Shown here: positions 29,892 through 57,779 of the stretch, one piece after another | How the letters are laid out: the number at the start of each line of letters is the position of its first letter | Numbering within the stretch: the stretch's first letter is position 1 | Source of the DNA: Salpingoeca rosetta | Taxonomy: Eukaryota; Protista; Choanoflagellata | Direction: 5' to 3' | DNA: 64,000 bases | Assembly: GCA_033442325.1 (NCBI GenBank) | Contig: JAWQFM010000007.1 | Location: 7,007-71,006, forward strand | Notes under the pieces: model-generated | Seen by the model: the letters and a program-made list of their open reading frames with translations, nothing else | Told to the model about the DNA's origin: nothing | Database searches by the model: none | Position numbers and translations under genes: made by a program

Positions 29892-31266
29892 CAAGTTGTA
29901 TTTCCCTCCGATGATCTTGGTCTCCAGCGCTGATGCAATCTTCTCTGTGAACGCAATTGCCCACGCGCTAAATGCACCAGGCAGCAACACGCCCTGCACA
30001 CACACACACACACATGTGATGAATCAAGTGAACGACTTGTGTCCCCAAGCGCTCACGCTTTGCAACACATAGCCACATGACGCGCCAAGCAACACCACAG
30101 CAGCAGCCCGTGACACCGCCATTGTTCATCACCTTGTGCTCTTCAACTGTTGCTTCAATCATTGCAATGAGGGTGTACATGCCTTCCGTCGTGTCGTCCA
30201 TGTCATCAAACGCCGCCTGCGTCACCAGTGCACGGGCAGACGCGACACACAGCGTGTAAGAACTGCGTGAGATTGCAATCTCAGCACCCACAGCACTTGC
30301 ATGACTTGTCCTTTTGTCCATTCCCAACCTTCACTGCAATGCTTGCAGGCACAGCCCGCTCACCTCTGACAAGTCAAAGTCCGCGTAAGGGAGGAGGTTG
30401 ATGAGCCCCTTCAGCTTCGAAGACACGCTGCTACTCGCCAACTTGTCCACGCCAACCTGTATGGTAGTGGTGGAGGTGGTGGTGGTGGTGGTGTGTGTGA
30501 GTGTGTGAGTGTGTGTGTGTGTGTGTGTGAGTGTGTGAGTGTGTGAGTGTGTGAGTGTGTGAGTGTGTGTGCGCGCGCGTGTGTGCGTGTGTGTGAGTGT
30601 GTGTGCGCGCGCGTGTGTGCGTATGTGTGTGTGTGCTCTGTGCCAACACATGTCACATCAGAGAAGCTCAACATTGACTCACGTCACGATAGCGCTGTGC
30701 CACTTCAACAGCCTCCTGCACGTTGTTCTCAATCACCGTCTGGTCACAGCACACGGAGCACACGGCCAAGCGGTGAGAAGACAAAATTCAACCAAAACGA
30801 ACGACAATTCTTGTGTGCTCGTGGTGGGATATGGAGTGTTGGGTGGGCAGCACAAATGAAGTGTGCAGCGTGGTCATACACAAGGATCACTGCAGGCACA
30901 ATGAAGACTGTGCGCACATCACGACACTACCATCAGCTTGTTGTGCTCCTGTGAGCTCCATCGCGTCGCCAGCCGCTCATTTGCCGCCTGCACGAAGCGC
31001 AGGCCGAATACAGCAGCGGTGAGTTGCGAGGGAGGAAAGGTGTGGAGAGCACAGGAGGCTTGGTGGGATGAGCGAGGAAGAATTAGCCATGCAGGCAAGC
31101 ACGTGCACACCGCATCACAGCGCCGTCCACGTTCAAGGAGCACGGGTATCAGTGCCACTCACGGCGGTCGCGGATTTGTACTTTGGGACGAGTTCGAGGA
31201 ACAGCTGCAGATCATTCACCCAAACCTGTGGTGGTCATGGTGGTGGTGGTGATCATGGTGGTGGCG

Positions 31267-31302
<36 letters not shown>

Positions 31303-32520
31303 GTGTCACAAGTTGAGAGCGAATGTGTGCATGTCGCAAGGCATCAGGCACGCACATGCCAAGCGCCCCCCTGTTCCCTGTGCCACAGCAAGCCACGGTC
31401 CCCCAGCAACTGACGTGTCGTGGGAGGGCGGCGATGTTGTGTTCGTCCTCGCCATCGTCGCCGGCCGCCCCGCGCGTGGCCAACGAGAGGCCGCGCTGGA
31501 GCTGGCCCTGCCACGACTTGGCATCCACCCTGCACACACACATTGTGAGGTGTTGGTCGGAGGTGTAAACACGGTCGTGTGCAACGGCACAACACACATA
31601 CAAAGCACACATACACACACTTTCTCTCTCTCTCTCTCTCTGTCTCTCTCGCTCTCAGCATGTCTGTCACACGCACTTCTTGTTTGCGGCGTTGAGCATT
31701 CGCTGTTCAAGATAGGAGAGCAGGTCCTCAATCATGCACGTGCTGGTGATGGATGTGGTGGTGGAAGAGAGGATGTAAAGACGATGGTGGAGAGTGAGGG
31801 CGCGGGGATCGTGTGTTGTGAGGTCTGATGCAGACCCGAAAGGGTTATGTAGTGGCGCGATACAGTGCGTGCGTGCAGGCACGAGCTGATGCATCCTTAC
31901 CCAACATGGTTGAGGGTTGAACTTGTGGTGACTTCACTCACAGTCAAGAACGCGCGCCTGCACAGGGACACGCAAGCGCGCATCACGTGAGGGGTGGACT
32001 TGTGTGGTCAGAGATGATGGGCAAGACGAACATGCAGCAGCTGGCGCTTGTGCAGATACGTGCACACACACACACACAGAACGCACCTGGTGCACTTTTG
32101 ACAGATGAAGAGAACGTCTTCGACGGCTTTTGTGATTGGAAACTCCTGGGACGTGTCGAGCTCATCCTCACACAGCGCCTGTTGGGGGTGGATGACGATG
32201 ATGAGGGCGTCCCGCAGTTGAATGGACACACACACACACACATATGCTCACACACACACACACACATATGCTCACACACACACACACACACACATATGCT
32301 CACACACACGCACACACATGCTCACGCATGCACTCACGCACGCAGTTGTTCATGTGTATCCACACACCACCCACCATGTTGACGCTGCTCTTAAGGAACT
32401 TCTGTTCGAGGACGACATAGAATGCGTTTAGTTCATCTGTGCGACGACTCAATTTGCTGGAGCGGCGAATGTTTCCGGCACTGGCACTTCCGTCCGGAAA
32501 CCGCGCGGTCGCCTCTCCTG

Positions 32521-32593
<73 letters not shown>

Positions 32594-33543
32594 AAAATAC
32601 GTGCGCGCACAACGGTATCTGTGTGTGTGTGCATGTGTGTGTGTGTGCATGTGTGTGTGGCTGTGTGCAAAGTTCACGTGAGTGTGCAAACAAGCGGGTG
32701 CCATCACACGAATCAAGACAGCATATATGATCGGACCTTTGCTCTCTGCCTCCATGTACGCCTGCACGTCCGTCTGATGGTCGAAAAGAGGCAGAAGCAA
32801 ACGCAAACACAAATTTCGTCACGCGGCGAACAGCGTCAACCACACACACACACATAACCAAACACGCCCATTTACACACATAGACAAACACATGGACACA
32901 CACACACACACATATGCACACACACGCACACGGACACAAATGCAAGCACATGCGCACGGCGGGCGGACCTCTGCTCGCAGGTCGACGAATCGCATGAAGA
33001 GGGCGAGGGGCTGGATGACAAACGCCAGCTCAGATGCTATCGTGTCAACCAACTGCGGATCAACGTCTTCCTCCGCCGTTTGGGCCTGGGATCGTCCACA
33101 ACGTGAGGCGGCGAACGTGTGTGTGTATGTGAGTATGTTTGCGTATGTGTGTTTGTGAGTGTGTGTATGTGTGTGTGTGTGTGTAGATATGTGGATGTGT
33201 ATGTGTGTATGTGAGTGTGTTCCTCCTCAACTATTCCTCCCCCACCGCAGCATCAGCAGCAGGGTCGCCCGCACCTTTTCCTCCAGCTGCCGGTAGCTGA
33301 CAAACTCGTCGACAATCGCCAGTGCGCACGCGTCGATGGACAGCTGCAGCTCCGACAGCAGCTGGAACGTGTAGCCGGGGCCTTGGAGACGCAGGGCGTG
33401 ACGTGTTGCAGCATGTTGCACGATGAGGCGTGAGGCAGTGATAGAGAGGGCAAACACAAACGCGCACATGTGTGTAAATGAATGCATGGCACACACACCC
33501 ACACACATGAATGATTACACACGTACACACACACACACACACA

Positions 33544-33581
<38 letters not shown>

Positions 33582-34360
33582 TATCCAAATACACAAACAA
33601 ACAAACACACACAAATGTCCAAATACACAAACAAACACACATGCACGCACGCACAAATATCCATACACACAAACACACACACACACGCACACGCGCCACG
33701 AGCAGACCAAAGTGTGTGTCGATGCTCGCGAGAAAGCCCTCAATCTCCTCAGCGACCCTGTTCAGCAGCCGCTTGATCCGGTTCACAAACTGCGTGTCGC
33801 TCTCTGCTCGATGCAATGAACCAGGGCAAAACACGTCAACACGGCATCACAGCAGAACGCAACGAGGTGAGTACTGTCGATTGCGATGAGACAACGTTAC
33901 AGCACGACAGATTGGCCATGATGCATGCCTGCTCACCTGTGTCAGTCTCCTCCTCACTCGCTGCCGCTGGCTGCGTGGATATCTGAACACCCAAGCAAGT
34001 ACATGAGCGACAGACAGAGGTTACCAGTGCGCGTGTACGTACGCGTGTGCGTGCATGTGGCGTCAGCGAATCAAACAGCTCACTCACGCAAAGCCTTGAC
34101 ACGGCACGACGTACCCTCTGCTGGAGAAACTCCTTCACTTGCTGCAGTCCTTCGTCGTGTGCGTGAATCATTGGGAAGTACTTCAGCCACCTGCAGACCG
34201 AAAAGATGGACGGGCGATGGTGACGTAGGATTGGACGTGAGGGCGACACTCAAAACTGTTACTGGAATTGGCATATTGTGTGCATGTGCAACCTATGATC
34301 CTGGACACAACCTATATCGCACACACACACACACTCACGCATACACACACACACGCACAG

Positions 34361-34428
<68 letters not shown>

Positions 34429-34853
34429 GCGCACACACGCACACACACACACACACACGCACACACGCACACATGGACACACTTCTTGAATTCTGCCTCG
34501 TCGTCGTTCTGCCTGGCATCAGAGCACTGCTGCCGCAAGTGCTCGAGCAAATGCACGCGGGCGCGGTCCAGCTGCCGGTCCGGGTTGGCTGCAATGGCGT
34601 CTGTGCTCAAACTCAGGTATCTGTGCAGATACACGGCAGCCTAGTGCATAAAGACATGCAATGTTGCGTTGGGGTTGTGAGAACGGAATGGAGATCAATG
34701 CCTGCGGGGATCAAACCAACGAGCGTGCACACATACGCACACACACATACACACACCTGCTCGTAATCCTTTCGATCCAGTGCGGTTTGTGTTCCTTCAA
34801 AGCATTCCTGTGTAGGTGCAAAAGAGGTTCGTGAGCTGCGGTGCTGCCATGCA

Positions 34854-34926
<73 letters not shown>

Positions 34927-34973
34927 ACCTCTGCCAAGCGCAGTGCTTGCAATCGTTCCTCAACGCCGTCCAT
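29098..34973 (-). CDS. COG4: Conserved oligomeric Golgi complex subunit 4, ~22 small exons
   Basis: Spliced exons GTQTAL...[56 protein letters not shown]...[31 protein letters not shown] and [13 protein letters not shown] are colinear with COG4. The start codon is uncertain. Confidence 0.9.
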
Positions 34974-35163
34974 CGCCCTGCTATCTTTTTGTGTGTCGTG
35001 TCGCCTCTCCATTTCTTCACTTCTTTCCGTTGTTCATCAACCAACCAAACCATCAACTGTCGACACCACCACCACCACTGCTCGCTGTCTTCCTCATCCA
35101 CGTCCTCCACCTCCCCTTCGCTCCGTCGCCACACACTCACTCACACACACCACAGTTCCAGCC
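34974..35163. promoter_or_regulatory. Putative bidirectional promoter (COG4 / PSMD8)
   Basis: Divergent start codons ~190 bp apart. Inferred from geometry only. Confidence 0.45.
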
Positions 35164-35407
35164 ATGGCTGAAAAGGCTCAGGCCGTGTATGAGAAGCTGC
35201 GCGAGGCGTGGCGCGCACGCAAGCTCGACGAGTGTCAGAGTCTCCTCACACAAATGAAGGTGTGTGCATTTGTGTGTGTGTTGGTGTGCATTTGTGTGTG
35301 TGTGTGTGTGTGTGTTGGTGTGCATGTGTGTCCATTGTGTCTTCGTGTGTGCGTGCGTCAAACAAACGCTTACTGCTCATCTTTGCCGTCCTTCGCTATC
35401 ACTAACC

Positions 35408-35493
<86 letters not shown>

Positions 35494-36181
35494 CACGCAC
35501 ACACGGAATCAGATTGCGCTGACGGAGATCTCGCTGTTCCCGTCTGAAGATGAGGAGGTCAAGGTGAAGGAGCTCGTGCTTGCGCGTGACTCCCTGGAAA
35601 TTGGCGCCTTCTGGGCCATTGAGAAGGAGGACGCCGCCACCTTTGAGCGCTACATGAAGCAGCTCAAAGTGTACTACTTCGACTTTGCGTGAGTTTGTTG
35701 CGTGCGTCGCGTCGTTGCTCTGCGCACCACAATGACCATGTTGACACTCTGTGCTTGTGGTTGTTTGTGCTGCTTCAATTCAACTGCAAGTCCTTGCACC
35801 ACAAAGGCATCCCTTCATGCACCATCCTTTGGCCATCCCTTCATTCGCCGCCCTTGCACTCATCCCTCGTTCGTTCACCCGCCTTTGCTGGCATGATCAC
35901 GCCGCATCAGATCCAAGATGCCGGAGTCGTCGTTCATGTACGAGCTCCTTGGCCTGGACCTCATGCATCTCCTCTCCCAGAACCGCATCGCCGACTTTCA
36001 CACGGTAGGCGAGCAGCAACAACGCTGGCACGAGTCGTGCAGTGTCTACTTCTGGCAAGACAGACAGATCGATGCCACGGTGGTTCTGCTGCCGTGATCT
36101 GCCTCTGTACGAGCACATACACACGCCTTTGGTCTGCGTTCACGATGCACCCTGCGTTGTGCCGTTTTTTTTTATGCGCTG

Positions 36182-36226
<45 letters not shown>

Positions 36227-37431
36227 AGGCGCTTGAGCGGTTGGACACAACGCTCATCCAAGAGAACACATACATCCGCCACCCCGTGGAGCTGGAGCAG
36301 GTACGCCGTGCCTACAGTCGCTGCTACACACACACACACACACACACGCACGCACGCACGCTCACACACGCTCACACACGCTCACGTGCTGTCGTGCGCT
36401 TCCTTTTGTTGTCGCTTGCTGCCAGTACTTGATGGAGGGCTCGTACAACAAGGTGCACCTCGCACAGGAGAGCGCGCCGTCCCAGTCATACAACCTCTTC
36501 CTCCACAAACTCATGGGCACCATCAGGTAGCCATCTGTGAGCGTGTGTGTGTGTGTTGTGTGCCGGGTTTAATTTAGGTGTTGCCGTTGCTACATTGTAG
36601 TGTCATCGTGTTCGCGATGCGCAGTACAGACATACAGGCAGGCACACACACATACACACACACACACACAACCTGCCTCGCCCCCACCGCTAAACCATGC
36701 GGGCTTGTGGTTGCCTGCAGGCATGAGATTGCGTCGTGCTGCGAGTCTGCGTACGATTCGCTGAAGCTGGAGGAGCTCAAGTCGCTCCTGTACACCCCGT
36801 CCGACGCAGAGATTGACACCATCATCAAGGCGGTGTGTGCATTTTCGCGTAAAGCCAGTGGTGGTGGTATCTGTGTGTGTGTCTGTGTGTCTGCATGTGT
36901 GTGTGTCTGTGTGTCTGTGTGTCTGTGTGCCTGTGTCTGTGTCTGTCCGTTCGCTCACGCTCTGTATCCTTGACGCCTCGCAGCATGTCATTCGCAATTA
37001 ACCCTGTGCTCCCTGTCCTCTCTCTCCCTCTCTCGTCGCAGCACCCCGACTGGGACGTGCAGGGCGACACGGTGCACTTTCCACACATGCATGAGACGAC
37101 AACGGGCCTGCAAACAAACACCGTACGCATAGCTCCTGCAACCGCCTGTTGTCTTGGGCCTTGTTGTATTGATTCTTGCATCACAGAAGCACCAAACACA
37201 CTCATACACACACACACACTCACACACACTCACACTCCCACACACACTCTCTCACTCACTCACTCATACACACTCATACACGCACGCACACTCACACACT
37301 CACTCACACACTCACTCACTCACACACTCACACACACATACACACATACACACATACACACATACAAAACACACACGCAGATCATTGACCGCACGCTCAC
37401 GTATGCAAAGGAGCTGGAGACGATTGTGTGA
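35164..37431 (+). CDS. PSMD8: 26S proteasome regulatory subunit RPN12 / PSMD8
   Basis: [82 protein letters not shown] and [12 protein letters not shown]. Confidence 0.95.
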
Positions 37432-38111
37432 GCACACCCCCGATTGCACACGCGCAACAAACACACAACAAGCGCGCCATGTGCACCCTGTCGTTAATGC
37501 TGTTGTGATTGTGATGTGGTGATGTGACGGTCAGAGCTGTTGGTTTCATTACAAATGATGACTGAAGGAAAGAAGGAAGGAAGGAAATCAGGGGAAGGGA
37601 AGGGCCAATTACTGACCAGAAAAGAAAAAGAGGCAAGAGGAAGTGTGCAAACATCCCTTGCTCCCAAACAGCTACGCTTGAAGCAGGCAATTAACCACTC
37701 AATAACAGGGCATTCAGAGACGAAAGCAACGGAACACGCAAAGGCACAGGAAAGACAGGAAGCAGTCGCACTGGAAGAAGGGGCTTCACCTGACACACAC
37801 ACACACACACAGACACACATGGGCAGATGCATGTGGTGCATGCACGCAAGCAAGACCTCAACACTGACAACGACACACCACGAGACGTGTCTCTCGCCAA
37901 CAAAACAAAACTGCAGAGCACCAGCGTGCTGACTGGTTGAAACCAGGACATCAAGTTGGAACAAATAAAGATTGAGAGAGCGAGCGCGACGTGCACAAGA
38001 CCGCCTTTCTACTGCGAGCACCGTGGTTGCCAGGGTGCAGTGCAAATATGTGTGTGCTGGTGGTCGTTGCTGTCGTTGTTAGTGTGATTGTTTGTTGGTT
38101 GGGTTGTTTGT

Positions 38112-41750
<3,639 letters not shown>

Positions 41751-41818
41751 GTCCGCCAGCGCGATCGTGTTGCCCCTGTGATGGTTATGATTACAGCGGC
41801 CGGTGAGGTGCGATGGTG

Positions 41819-41895
<77 letters not shown>

Positions 41896-43477
41896 ATTGA
41901 GTGGGTGGGTGGGAGAGACAACAAGAGTGAGTGAGAGACAACAAGAGTGAGTGAGTGAGTGAGTGAGTGAGAGGGAGAGAGTGTGTGTGCGTGTGTGGAG
42001 GGGGACTTGCTGCATGAACTCACCGAGAGAGATAGTGGGAGAGCTCGTCGAGGGATTCTCCCAACTCGAGGTCTGCTGCTTGATGTGAGCCGCGCACGAC
42101 GAGGGTGTTTATCAGTTGAGTTGAGGTGTGTGTGTGTGTATGTGTGTGTGTGTGTGTCAGCGAGCTGATGTAGATGCTTTTGTTGATGTTGATGGTGATG
42201 GCATGCACAACTCCGCAACATACACACATACATACACAACACACTCGCACACACTCACGCACAACACTGAAACATACATACACACATAATACACACAACA
42301 CCACACAACATCGCAACACACACAGTACTGCACACACACAACATCGCAACACACACAACACTAAACATGCAACCTACGTAGAAAGGACGACATCATGGTG
42401 ACCAGAAGTTGATGAAGATGGTGTGCATGGAACGATCAAAGACACCGCGCCCGCAATACAATAGAGTGGAGCGGATGTTGTGAAATGAATTGGCCGAGAG
42501 CAAACACACACAAGGAATTGTTTGGATGGTGAATGGATATGTGATATGAGATGGTGAAGTGCGCGCGCGCGTGTGTGTGTGCGTGTGCGTGGGGGGTTGG
42601 CGAAATGTAGCTATGTGAGGAGCAAGCCTAGAGCAATCCCGAAGCAACACGAGCGACGCTACAACGACAGCTTGTTGACGGTGTTGGTGCAGTTGCTGTT
42701 GTTTTGTTTTGTTGTCAGCTGCGCAGTGGCACTGGCAATGGGGAAGTGAAACACACGCACACCCAACCAACTCTTTGTCTGTGCGTGTGTGTGTGCGTGT
42801 GGTGCGTGTGTGTGCGTCTGTGTGTGGTGCGTGTGTGGCCGCGCGCGTGACGCCAGGGGTGTGTGCGGCTGTAATTGAAACTTGCCTTCGTCACGTCGTG
42901 CGTGTGTGTGTGTGGCTTTGGTAGTTCTTTGCACCGTCCCGGTGCAGGAGCAAGTTCCGCCTATGAAAGCAACCGAGAGCGTGAGTTGTGTGGGCGAGTG
43001 ATGGCGGTGGTTGCACTGCCACGCACACGGAGACCCGCACGGTCACATCACAACCGCTGCTTGAGTGCACATGGAACCAAGGAAAAACACCAAAAGCACA
43101 ACAGCAAAGCAAAGGGGCACGACAAAGAACAGTGATCTTTGAACAGCGCCGCTTCCGGCTTGGGGCAAGCTGGCGTGGTGGTTGCCACTCTCCCACTGCC
43201 GTCGCTGGCACACCTTGCGCCACCAAAACCACAACGCACCCTTTCGTCCACTTCGAGGCTTCGAATTTCCCGCCTCAATTTCAACCACGGTAATCAGCTG
43301 AAAATTTAAGCGAAAAATCGTCTGCCTTGAATTGCAGAAATACATACGAACTCATCCACAATAAATCTTGCGCCCTGCGCGCCAAAACTCAAACACAACA
43401 GACAACGCGGACGAGCGAGGAGACAGACGACTGCGAGAGCGCACACTGCCGCCAACCAACCACACCACAGCAGCAGG

Positions 43478-52938
<9,461 letters not shown>

Positions 52939-53420
52939 TTCATGTTGTATTTGTCTTGACATTAATTCGCCGTATTGCGTGTGGTGCGAGGGCTTGACAA
53001 GCTTCCCTCGGCCTGCCTCTGGTTCCCTGTTCTCTCCCACCTTTTGTTTTGTTTCTTTGCAATGCTTGTCTTGCTGTGCTGTATTGCGCTGCTACCCAAC
53101 ACAATGTCTTAAAAGCATTCAAAAACAAAACTGCACGCATGGGCTGACACAAAGAGGGCATGGGCTGTAACATCTGGCTGGCTCATGATGGTCGTGGAAT
53201 GGGGAGAGAGTGTGTGTGCGTGTATGTGTGTGCGCGTGTGTCTGTATGTGTCTGTCTGTGTGTCTGTGTGTTTCTGTCTGTGCCTGTGAGTTTGTGTGTC
53301 TGCATGAATACCCAAGATGAAAGGAGACAAATACCAACCACGCCGCGTGTTGTTTCAAAGCACTGCCATCGCGCGCTTGCTCGTGTTTTGTGTTGTGATG
53401 TGTCAACACACCACGCGTTG

Positions 53421-55492
53421 TCATTGTGCCTTCTTGGCCTTGTGGGCGGTGCCGCTGCTCCGGTTCATGTCCACGAGTGCGGCGCTCATGGCGGCGCGTG
53501 TTCGATCGCGCAACCGCTCGACCGTCGGCCTGAAGCGAGAGGGGGTGAGGGGGCGCACTGGCGATGAGCAGTGAAGCAGCAGCAATGAACAAGAGGATAC
53601 ACGCACGCACACATACGCAGAAACGCACAGAAACAAACACAAACACACACACAAAAAAAAATCACACTCACACACTCACACACACACACACACACACACT
53701 CACTCACTCACACAACGCACACGCACACACACACACACGCACACACGCACACACACACACACACACTCACACAACTTACTCTGTGTGTGGGCGGATTGGA
53801 TCGAGGACGCGAATGGTGATAGTGCCGGAGGAGAAGAGAAAGACGTCCGAGTTGTAGATGCCAGTCGTCGGGTCCGTGTACTCCGACAACACAATCGGCA
53901 CAACAGGAACCTGTACCAACGGGTGTTGCGGCGTCGTGGTGGCGTGAACAAACAACCAGGGAACAATCACGCCAGCTCCAGCACCCCGTGCAACACGAGC
54001 AACACCGCTTAACGCAAACACAAAGTGCACAGGCCCCTGCTTTTCAAACCCCCCCCCCTACACACGCGCGCGCACACACAACACGCACGTTGGCTTGACG
54101 GGCGAGATGGAAGGCGCCTTTCTTGAACGGCAAGAGGCCGCCGTGGCGGTTGCGTGTACCCTCTGGGAACACAGCCACGCTCAGCTTGTCATTAGTCACC
54201 TAAGGTTGCAGTCGTTCCAGAATGTGAGCACTCAAGCGACGTCTCAGAACTGCATCAACTTTGCAGGAGCAGGAACGCCGTGCGCACAAGCACAAGCACC
54301 CAGGTACAGGAACACAGCACACATGAGCACGAGCACTCAGGTACACGTACACAAGTACACAAGCACGTGGTGTGTGACGTACGCGCTGTGCAGCGGCAGC
54401 CATGGATGCGACGCTGGAGGCGTGGTTCTTGCGGTCGATGAGGATGGCGTCGGTGAGCCAGAGGATGAACCCGATGCCGGGCATCAGCAACAACGACCGC
54501 TTGGCCACAATCACCATGTCTGTTGGCACGTTGGTTGCCATCACCATGCTGTCCAGCTGTGTGCATGAGTATGTGTGTGTGTTAATGTGTGTGTGTGTTA
54601 ATGTGTGTGTGTGTGTGTTCATGTGTGTGTGTGTGTTCATGTGTGTTAGTGTTTGTGTGTGTGTTAATGTGTGTGTGTGTTCATGTGTGTTAGTGTTTGT
54701 GTGTGTGTGTGCGTGTGTTAGTGTTAGTGTGTCAGTGTTAGTGTGTGTGTGTGTGTTTGTGTGTGTGTGTTCGTGTGTGCGAAAGTTGAACGCAAACGTG
54801 TAAAGCAGGGAGAACATGAGGATGGTTAGAAGCGCGACTCGTATGTGAATTGAACTTGTGCTGAATCCCGAACAATGCAACTCCAACGCAGTTGTACCAC
54901 AACTCTCAGTATCACGCACACGCACACACACACACGCACTCATGCACACACGCACAAGTACACACGCACACATGTAGGCGCACCTGGCTTTGGTGGTTGA
55001 GGACAAAGATGTACGGCTGGTGCCCGCTTCGGATGAGGTCAACCCTGCCTTCCAGCTTGTACTTGACGCCGATGAACGGCAGCGATGCCTCGCCAGGAAT
55101 CCACAGCAGGTCTGCGGGCAGGCCACGCTGGATGCCAAGGAGTCTCCGAACCACCGTAATGGGAACCACGACCAGGAACAGCAATATCAAGAACACGGAA
55201 ATGCCTGTTGGAAGCAAGGTGTGACCAGCAGTCAGCGTGGTTTATTGTCAAAGCCACACATGCACACGCGCACGCACATGCACACGCGCACGCACATGCA
55301 CACGCGCACGCACATGCACACAGCAAAGAAGGCAAGCACACAACCCCCTTGCTTACCGAGCGTGAACTTGACGTAGAACTTGATCTTGCGCAGCAGGCCT
55401 GGTTTGGCCACTGCTGTAGCTGTGCTCGTTGCTGCTGTCGCTGCTGCTGTTTCTGCTGCTGCAGCTGGCGCTGCTCTCTCTTCTTTCCCCAT
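53421..55492 (-). CDS. 1-acyl-sn-glycerol-3-phosphate acyltransferase (AGPAT/PlsC), ~6 exons
   Basis: Catalytic NHQSQ/LD (HX4D) motif, [35 protein letters not shown] and VPVVPIV. Ends AKKAQ*. Confidence 0.93.
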
Positions 55493-55793
55493 CTCGTCGT
55501 ACACGTGTGAATGGTGTCGACAACGCTCGCTTGCTCGCTCGCTCGTCTGCAACCAACAGCAGTGATGTGACCAGCAGTGTGTGATGTGATGTATGTCACC
55601 TTGCTTGACCAACAACAGACTTGTTGGTGGCGGTTATCGGGAGAGGACAGCACAAATTGAAAGTGCTGTGTCCTGCCTGTGTTCTGTTGAGAGACAGCAG
55701 TGGTTGGTTGTGGACGCACGCATTCTCGAGAGCACACATCGTTTGTCACTGCGGACAGCACCGACAGCAGATCACACGGGAGGACAGACGGCG
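55493..55793. promoter_or_regulatory. Putative bidirectional promoter (AGPAT / FBXO7-like)
   Basis: Divergent start codons ~300 bp apart. Inferred from geometry only. Confidence 0.4.
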
Positions 55794-55932
55794 ATGCGAG
55801 TGCGGGTCGTGTGGAACGATGGGTCACGCATGAACCTGCGGATCACTGCGGCCATCTCCACCCCTGTGGGTGACTTTTGCCAGCTCGCTCAAGTACAGCT
55901 TGGCGCACCTCTACCGTAAGCCCAGTGTGTGT

Positions 55933-55976
<44 letters not shown>

Positions 55977-57350
55977 CTGTGTGTGTGTGTGTGTGTCTGT
56001 GTGTTTGTCTGTCTGTGTGTCTGTCTGTCTGTCTGTGTGTCTGTGTGTGTCTGTCTGTCTGTCTGTCTGTATGTCTGTCTGTGTGTGTGTCTGTCTGTGT
56101 GTGTGTCTGTGTGTGTGTGTCTGTCTGTCTGTCTGTCTGTCTGTGTGTGCGTGTCTGTCTGTCTGTCTGTGTTGTCCACTTCCTGCTCACATCGTCGTCC
56201 ACAACCCCCACCGCCACCTTGTCTTCTTGTTTCACCCTTGTTAATACTCACACACACGAACACACAAACACACGTCCACGCTTGCAGTGACAACGCCGTG
56301 TTATCGTTGAACGGCAAGACCCCCCTCGGCCACACACCTGCGACGCCGTTGTCAGCGCTCGGCATCTGCAGTGGCGACCTCGTGTACATCATGTGCCCCT
56401 CCACAGCACCACCCGCCGCATTAGCGTCTTCCTCCTCCTCCTCAACAGCAACAACAACAGCAGCAAGAGCAACAACAACGACAACATCGCGTCCGCAACA
56501 ACACCAGCAACAAGAAGCACGCAGGCAGCAGGACACAGCATTGCTGTCGACAGGAATGGACGTTCGGCCGGACACCACAGCATCTAGTTCGGCGAACACC
56601 AGGCCAGCGGCCACGGCAACCTCTCGTCGCCGGCGAAAGCCAGTCTGCACGCTCCCAGAGCCCACGCGCCGGTTCTTTGAGGAGATGCAAGAGACGCTGT
56701 CATCGCTGGACACGCAGCTCGATGCGCGCGGGCGGACAATGGTTGCCGCTGTGCTAGCTGTGCAGCTGCTGTGTCAGCAGCAGGGCCTTGCCCTCGTGTC
56801 GCAGGACGGCTCTGTCAAGCGCACGCTCGATGACACGGACGTGTTCCTCGCTGCGCTGAGCGCGCGTGACGCGGAGGTGGCAAGGCTCTGCTTCGCTGCC
56901 CAAGCGATCAAGGAACAGAACCGCACAGCTCACACCATCCACTTGGTCTTGGTGATGATGCTCGACTCGCTGGTTGTCCGCGTGTCTGCGGTGCGGCAGC
57001 CGAGCAGCGCCGATGGAGACGCCAAGGCTGGGTGCTCGCCACACCACCAGCTCAAGTTGGGCCTTTGCCTTGGAGGGCCCCTCTTGCGGCATGGACTGAA
57101 GCCTTCACCAACAGCAGACCCACTGTCCCTCACCATCGCGGCACTCTGCAAATCATTTGTCACGCCCTCTTACTTCTCCCGCACCTTCCTGGTCAGTGTT
57201 TGTGTGTCTGTGTGTCTGTCTGAGTGTGTGTGGGGGGGGTTGTCTGTGTGTGTGCGGGGTTGTCTGTCTGTCTGTCTGTCTGTTTGTGTGTGGGTTTGTC
57301 TGTCTGTCTGTCTATCTTTCTGTGTGCATGTTTGTCTGCCTGCCTGTCTA

Positions 57351-57388
<38 letters not shown>

Positions 57389-57702
57389 TGTTTATGAACA
57401 TCGTTGTGCCCCGACCGCTTGCCACCTCTCACGTTCCCCTCCCCCTCCTTCACGTCCTTTCACACGCACACACCACCCTCCCTCGCTTTCCTTTCCTCCT
57501 CACAATCTCGTCTTCACCCTCATGCACCCACGCGCCTCCTCGCCATTCCACCAACCACGCAGGATCGCGTGGTTCATCGCTGCGCAGTCACGCTCGCAGC
57601 AGCGCCGCCGGTGCGTCAACTTGTGCGCATGTGCCCTTCCTTCCCTTCACCTCAGTTCACATTACTCCTTCTTCGTTCATTCACCGTTCGTTACTTGTAC
57701 TG

Positions 57703-57779
<77 letters not shown>

